Source: Selaginella moellendorffii
Lineage: Eukaryota > Plantae > Lycopodiophyta
Direction of reading: 5' to 3'
Length of the DNA: 64,000 nt
Assembly: GCF_000143415.4 (NCBI RefSeq)
Contig: NW_003314264.1
Location: 3,709,229-3,773,228, forward strand
Shown: piece after piece, positions 62,201 to 64,000 of the stretch
Layout of the letters: each line of letters opens with the position of its first letter
Position numbering within the stretch: position 1 is the first letter of the stretch
The notes under the pieces: model-generated
What the model was told of the DNA's origin: nothing
The model's input: only the letters and a program-made list of their open reading frames with translations
Databases searched by the model: none
Made by a program: the position numbers and the translations under genes

Positions 62201-64000
62201 TTCTTGAGGATTGACTTAAGGCAAGGATACTACCAAATCAGGGTAGCAGAGGAAGATGTCGAGAAGACACCCTGTCGAACAAGGTATAGGAGCTTTGAGT
62301 TTTTGGTGATGCCCTTCAGGCTATGCAATGCGCCGGCAACGTTTTCGGCGTTGATGAACCACATCTTTGTACCCTATCTGAATTACTTTTTGGTCGTCTA
62401 TATTAACAACATCTTAATTTATAGCAAAACACTAGAGGAGCATGCCAAACACTTGACAAAGGTGTTTAAGAAACTAAGGGAACACCAACTGTATGCTAAA
62501 GAAAGCAAATGTGACTTTGCTCAACAAGAAGTAAAATTTCTCGGGCATGTGATGGGCAAGGACGGGCTTAAGGTGGACCCTGAGAATGTCTAAGCGATCC
62601 AGGATTGGGAGCGACCATCGAATGTACATAAGTTAAGGGCATTTTTGGGGCTATGCAACTACTACCGAAAGTTTATCAAACACTATTTGAGAGTAACCCT
62701 ACCCTTAACGGACCAAACAGGAAAAGGGAAAATGGTATGGACAGTGGAATGTGAGGCGACATTTGTCCACCTCAAAGGGAAGTTCAGGAAGGCTCTTGTG
62801 TTGGCGTTACTAGACTTTGGTAAGGACTTTGAGGTAGAAATGGATGCTTCAGACTTTGCGTTGGGCGCAATTTTGACGCAAGACAACAGTCTAGTAGCAT
62901 TCTTTTCGAAAAAGTTGGACAAGGATCAACAGAAGTGGTCTGCCCACGAAAAGGAATTGTTTGCGGTGGTCAAGGTGCTCAAGGAGTGATGACACTACCT
63001 TGGGAGACACTTCAAGGTTTACACGGACAATGTGGCAACGAACAGCCTGACCTGAGAGGGAAATAGAGTCGGTGGGCCAATGCTTTGGCCGAGTTCAATT
63101 GCGAGATTCTATATAAGCCTGGGAAGAGCAACATCATGGCAGATGCGTTAAGTCGAAAAGCAAGCTTGAAGTTAGTGATATCCAGCGCGACAGCAACCTT
63201 TTGGGATGATGTGCGGACAACATATGAGAACGATGGTATAGCACAAGAAGTGTTACTATGGAATTTAGAGGCATGAGAAGTGCACTAGAGAGATGAGCTA
63301 CCAACGGAAGAGAAAACAAGCTATGCGGAACGTAACGGACTCATCTATTACAAGCAAATGAGGGTGTATGTTCTAGAAGGTGAACTAAGGAGGGTAGCCT
63401 TAGAAGAGTGTCATAACAGACCTTTTGCAAGACACAGCGGAGTGCCCAAGATAATGGGCTTACTCAAGAGGAAGTACCACTGGCCAGATATGGCTAAGAA
63501 CGTCCAAGATTATGTAAAGACATGTCCAACATGTCAGTAGGTCAAAGCCGTGATTAAGGCTAGTGGGGGCTTGTTACAAAACATCCCAATTCCAGATCGT
63601 CCGTAGAAATGTCTTACGATGGACTTCATCACAGGACTCCCCCCGAGCGAGGGGTTCGATGTGATATTCGTGGTGGTGGACCGATTTTCAAAGATGGGCA
63701 CATTTCATACCCACCACAACAGAAGTGGATGCGAAAGGTGTAGCGAAGCTGTTCTTCGAATAAGTGGTTCGAGTGCAGGGAAGGCCAGAAGAGATTATCT
63801 CAGATCGAGATAAGATCTTCACCAGTAGGTTCTGGAGAACTCTCTTGGAACAGTATTGCACCAAGTTGAAATTCAGCACAACCTATCACCCACAAACAGG
63901 TATTGGGTATTAAGTCAAGTTTGATGGCAGTAACACTTCTTGACACACAGACAAACGAAAAGGGTGATTAGGCAGTTGGAGGATATGTCTCGGGAGACTA
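59224..64000 (+). mobile_element. Decayed Ty3/gypsy LTR retrotransposon (chromovirus-like); 5' LTR ends at 59979, left boundary uncertain (possibly 57776); truncated by window end
   Basis: LTR end TTACA then PBS; gag from ATG 60039 with CYNCGEAGHFLREC, protease LIDTGA, RT (IDLRQGYYQI, YINN for YxDD), RNase H DASDFALGA, integrase [16 protein letters not shown]. Order PR-RT-RH-IN; many stops and frameshifts. Confidence 0.93.
59983..59995 (+). promoter_or_regulatory. Primer-binding site complementary to initiator tRNA-Met (degenerate)
   Basis: TGGTATTGGAGCC versus canonical TGGTATCAGAGCC, 3 nt after LTR-terminal CA. Confidence 0.75.

Noticed and set aside
1-64000. CRISPR arrays, rRNA, prokaryotic operons or defence systems
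   Set aside because: Intron-rich eukaryotic DNA; no spaced direct-repeat arrays or rRNA sequence seen

Overview
Eukaryotic plant nuclear DNA. It is very gene-dense, with ~50-nt GT-AG introns, telo-boxes at gene starts and PLS-class PPR genes. This pattern fits a lycophyte such as Selaginella, which is an inference from sequence style only. About 20 protein-coding genes are present: BAT1-like permease (partial), DYW-PPR, MenG, CNMT-like N-methyltransferase, OEP16, two CLE peptide precursors, E-type PPR, NAD+ synthetase, beta-carbonic anhydrase, ValRS, RWD-RBR E3 ligase, DUF641/GIL1-like, RSZ splicing factor, class II TPS, GBP-like GTPase, MACPF, DUF789, DUF3537, a small spliced membrane protein and a divergent 4-RRM protein. 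There are also tRNA-Glu(UUC), tRNA-Cys(GCA), a pseudogenised partial RBR duplicate, and a decayed Ty3/gypsy element running off the right end. The most notable region is an unusually gene-poor 8.7-18.2 kb island holding two His1-type CLE peptide genes. One of these peptides mixes TDIF-type and CLV3-type residues, and the two genes flank a multi-exon, ORF-less (lncRNA-like) unit. Other highlights are a divergent NMT with Gly at the CNMT E204 specificity position, an in-frame ValRS N-terminal extension resembling a mitochondrial presequence, and the unexplained 4-RRM gene. Family assignments come from motif recognition; no searches were run.
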